Origin: Sediminicola sp.
GTDB lineage: Bacteria; Bacteroidota; Bacteroidia; Flavobacteriales; Flavobacteriaceae
Direction: 5' to 3'
DNA length: 64,000 nucleotides
Assembly (NCBI GenBank): GCA_024643325.1
Contig: JAHEND010000002.1
Location: 172,269-236,268, forward strand
Within the stretch, counting starts at the first letter, position 1. Every line of letters begins with the position of its first letter. The position numbers were made by a program, and so were the translations under genes. Shown here one piece after another: positions 61,913 through 64,000 of the stretch. The notes under the pieces were generated by a model, which had not been told where the DNA came from, searched no databases, and was given only the letters and a program-made list of their open reading frames with translations.

Positions 61913-62808
61913 TGAATAAAATAAAACACATTGCAGTAATTGGTGCTGGAACTATGGGGAATGGAATTGCTCATGTTTTTGCACAATACGGTTTTAAAGT
62001 TTCGCTTATTGACAGAGAAACATCTATCCTAAAAAATGCCCTTGAGATCATTGAGGAAAATCTCACTAGACAAGCTAAAAAAAATCAAATTAAAAGTGCT
62101 GAAATACCTCAGATATTATCCAGCATTAGCTTGCATAGTAAGCTAGAAGAAGGAATTATAAATGCCGATTTAGTTATTGAAGCAATTGTTGAGGACTTGG
62201 AGGTTAAAAAGCAATTATTCAGAAATTTATCTGAAATAACAGCTGCAGATACTATTCTTGCTTCCAATACCTCCTCTATCAGTATTACCCAATTAGCACA
62301 GGTCACTTCTAAGCCTGAAAAAGTGATTGGAATGCACTTTATGAACCCTGTTCCTTTAATGACTTTAGTTGAGGTTATTTATGGTCAAAATAGCAGTAAA
62401 GAGACCATTGACACTGTTGAATCACTGACTCAAAAAATTGGCAAAACCGCCGTTCACGCAAAGGATTATCCTGGGTTTATTGCCAATAGAATTTTAATGC
62501 CTATGATCAATGAGGCCATTGAGACCCTCTTTCAAGGGATAGGCAGTATTGAAGGTATTGACGCAATTATGAAAGGGGGTATGAGACACCCTATGGGGCC
62601 GTTACAACTAGCAGATTTTATTGGTTTAGATGTGTGTTTGTCTATTCTGAATGTATTGTACGATGGTTTTAAAAACCCCAAATACGCCCCCTCCCCTCTA
62701 CTGGTTAATATGGTGAACTCTGGATTACTAGGCGTGAAATCTAAAGCCGGATTCTATCTTTATGAAGATCCAAAAAATCCTATTGTAAATCCTAGTGTTA
62801 AAATATAA
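61912..62808 (+). CDS. hbd: 3-hydroxybutyryl-CoA dehydrogenase
   Basis: GAGTMGNGIA, ASNTSS, GMHFMNP, HPMGP..LADFIGLD. Confidence 0.9.
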   Translation: MNKIKHIAVIGAGTMGNGIAHVFAQYGFKVSLIDRETSILKNALEIIEENLTRQAKKNQIKSAEIPQILSSISLHSKLEEGIINADLVIEAIVEDLEVKKQLFRNLSEITAADTILASNTSSISITQLAQVTSKPEKVIGMHFMNPVPLMTLVEVIYGQNSSKETIDTVESLTQKIGKTAVHAKDYPGFIANRILMPMINEAIETLFQGIGSIEGIDAIMKGGMRHPMGPLQLADFIGLDVCLSILNVLYDGFKNPKYAPSPLLVNMVNSGLLGVKSKAGFYLYEDPKNPIVNPSVKI

Positions 62809-62810
62809 GT

Positions 62811-63467
62811 ATGTCTATTTCAGAAAACCTAAAGTTTTTTAAAAATGAGCTCCCAGAAACGGTTAGCCTAGTCGCGGTATCTAAAACAAAACCATTAGAA
62901 GACTTAGAAGAGGCTTACGGATTTGGACAGCGAATTTTCGGGGAGAACAAGATCCAGGAAATGACAGAAAAGTGGCAGCTTTTACCTAAAGATATTGAAT
63001 GGCATATGATAGGTCATGTCCAAACAAACAAGGTGAAATACATGGCGCCATACGTCTCTTTAGTACACGGTGTAGACAGGATTAAAGTTTGGAGTGAAAT
63101 ACAAAAACAAGGGCTTAAAAACGATAGAATAATTCACTGTCTCCTCCAAGTTCATATTGCAGAAGAAGAAACCAAATTTGGGTTTTCATCAGAAGAAATA
63201 AAAGAAATTATTGCCCGTAAAACACTTTTAGAATTTCCTAATGCCAAAGTTGTTGGATTAATGGGAATGGCCAGCAATTCAGATGATAAAGACAAGATTA
63301 GGGGTGAATTTAAGGAACTTCGAAAATTATTTGACTTAGCTAATGAATTGGGATGTGAATTTGAAATACTCTCTATGGGTATGAGTGGAGATTATACTAT
63401 TGCAATTGAAGAAGGAAGCAATATGGTCAGAGTAGGTAGTAAAATTTTTGGCCATAGGAATTATTAA
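62811..63467 (+). CDS. yggS: PLP homeostasis protein
   Basis: VAVSKT, FGENKIQE, WHMIGH.QTNK, SMGMSGD, RVGSKIFG. Confidence 0.95.
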   Translation: MSISENLKFFKNELPETVSLVAVSKTKPLEDLEEAYGFGQRIFGENKIQEMTEKWQLLPKDIEWHMIGHVQTNKVKYMAPYVSLVHGVDRIKVWSEIQKQGLKNDRIIHCLLQVHIAEEETKFGFSSEEIKEIIARKTLLEFPNAKVVGLMGMASNSDDKDKIRGEFKELRKLFDLANELGCEFEILSMGMSGDYTIAIEEGSNMVRVGSKIFGHRNY

Positions 63468-63468
63468 T

Positions 63469-64000
63469 ATGAAGTATGCCATTCTCGACATAGAAACAAC
63501 TGGTGGAAAATACAATGAGGAGGGAATTACTGAGGTTGCCATTTATCAATTTGATGGGAATGACATTACAGACCAATTTATTAGCCTTGTAAATCCAGAA
63601 AAAAGCATTCAGGCCTTTGTTGTAAAACTGACTGGTATTTCTGATAAAATGGTCATAGGTGCCCCTAAATTTCATGAAATAGCCAAAAGAATCATTGAAA
63701 TTACAGAAGATTGTATTCTCATTGCGCACAATGCACAGTTCGACTATAGAATTCTAAAAACTGAATTTAATCGATTGGGTTACGATTATCAAAGAAAAAC
63801 ACTTTGTACGGTAGATTTATCCAAAAAACTCATTCCAAATATGGAATCTTATAGCTTGGGTAAATTAGTAAGAGCTTTAGGAATTCCTGTATCTGACAGG
63901 CATAGAGCCAATGGAGACGCTTTAGCTACACTTAAATTGTTTAAACTGCTTTTATCTAAAGAAGAGGACAACCAAAGTATTTCAGAACTTACCCGATCTG
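63469..64000 (+). CDS. DEDDh 3'-5' exonuclease, DNA polymerase III epsilon family (3'-truncated)
   Basis: Read by hand from ATG 63469: MKYAILDIETTG..., AHNAQFD, HRANGDA; runs off the window end. Confidence 0.88.
   Translation, partial: MKYAILDIETTGGKYNEEGITEVAIYQFDGNDITDQFISLVNPEKSIQAFVVKLTGISDKMVIGAPKFHEIAKRIIEITEDCILIAHNAQFDYRILKTEFNRLGYDYQRKTLCTVDLSKKLIPNMESYSLGKLVRALGIPVSDRHRANGDALATLKLFKLLLSKEEDNQSISELTRS

Overview
AT-rich, gene-dense core-chromosome segment of a Flavobacteriaceae (Bacteroidota) genome. The assignment rests on TAnnTTTG -7 promoter boxes, A-rich starts without Shine-Dalgarno sequences, Gln+1 signal peptides and typical gene orders. No prophage, IS, tRNA/rRNA or CRISPR was seen. 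Contents: a probable sulfonolipid (capnine) locus, ptrB, ltaE, frameshifted prfB, a TonB-dependent receptor, fumC, two ABC-F genes (ettA and a YbiT-like gene), a menaquinone cluster lacking menB with a frameshifted LytTR regulator inside it, dnaK, sdaA, panB, a short leuA followed by a catalytically eroded leuB homolog, pheT, transaldolase, SRP RNA (ffs), glutaminyl cyclase, glyA, ytxJ/clpB, smpB, pcm, hbd, yggS and a partial dnaQ-like exonuclease. Two small membrane-protein genes missed by the ORF track were read by hand. Best leads: (1) dnaK and clpB share one promoter architecture, a 13-bp two-half-site box (half-sites TGACA/TGTCA-like, 3-nt spacer) exactly 12 bp upstream of a sigma54-like -24/-12 element, with helically phased extra boxes, which suggests a candidate heat-shock regulon; (2) an intact but apparently dead LeuB paralog is paired with a LeuA lacking its regulatory domain; (3) a bacterial-ceramide-synthase-like GNAT abuts the capA/capB-like genes and is a candidate sulfonolipid N-acyltransferase. 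All product calls come from motif recognition by eye; no database search was run.
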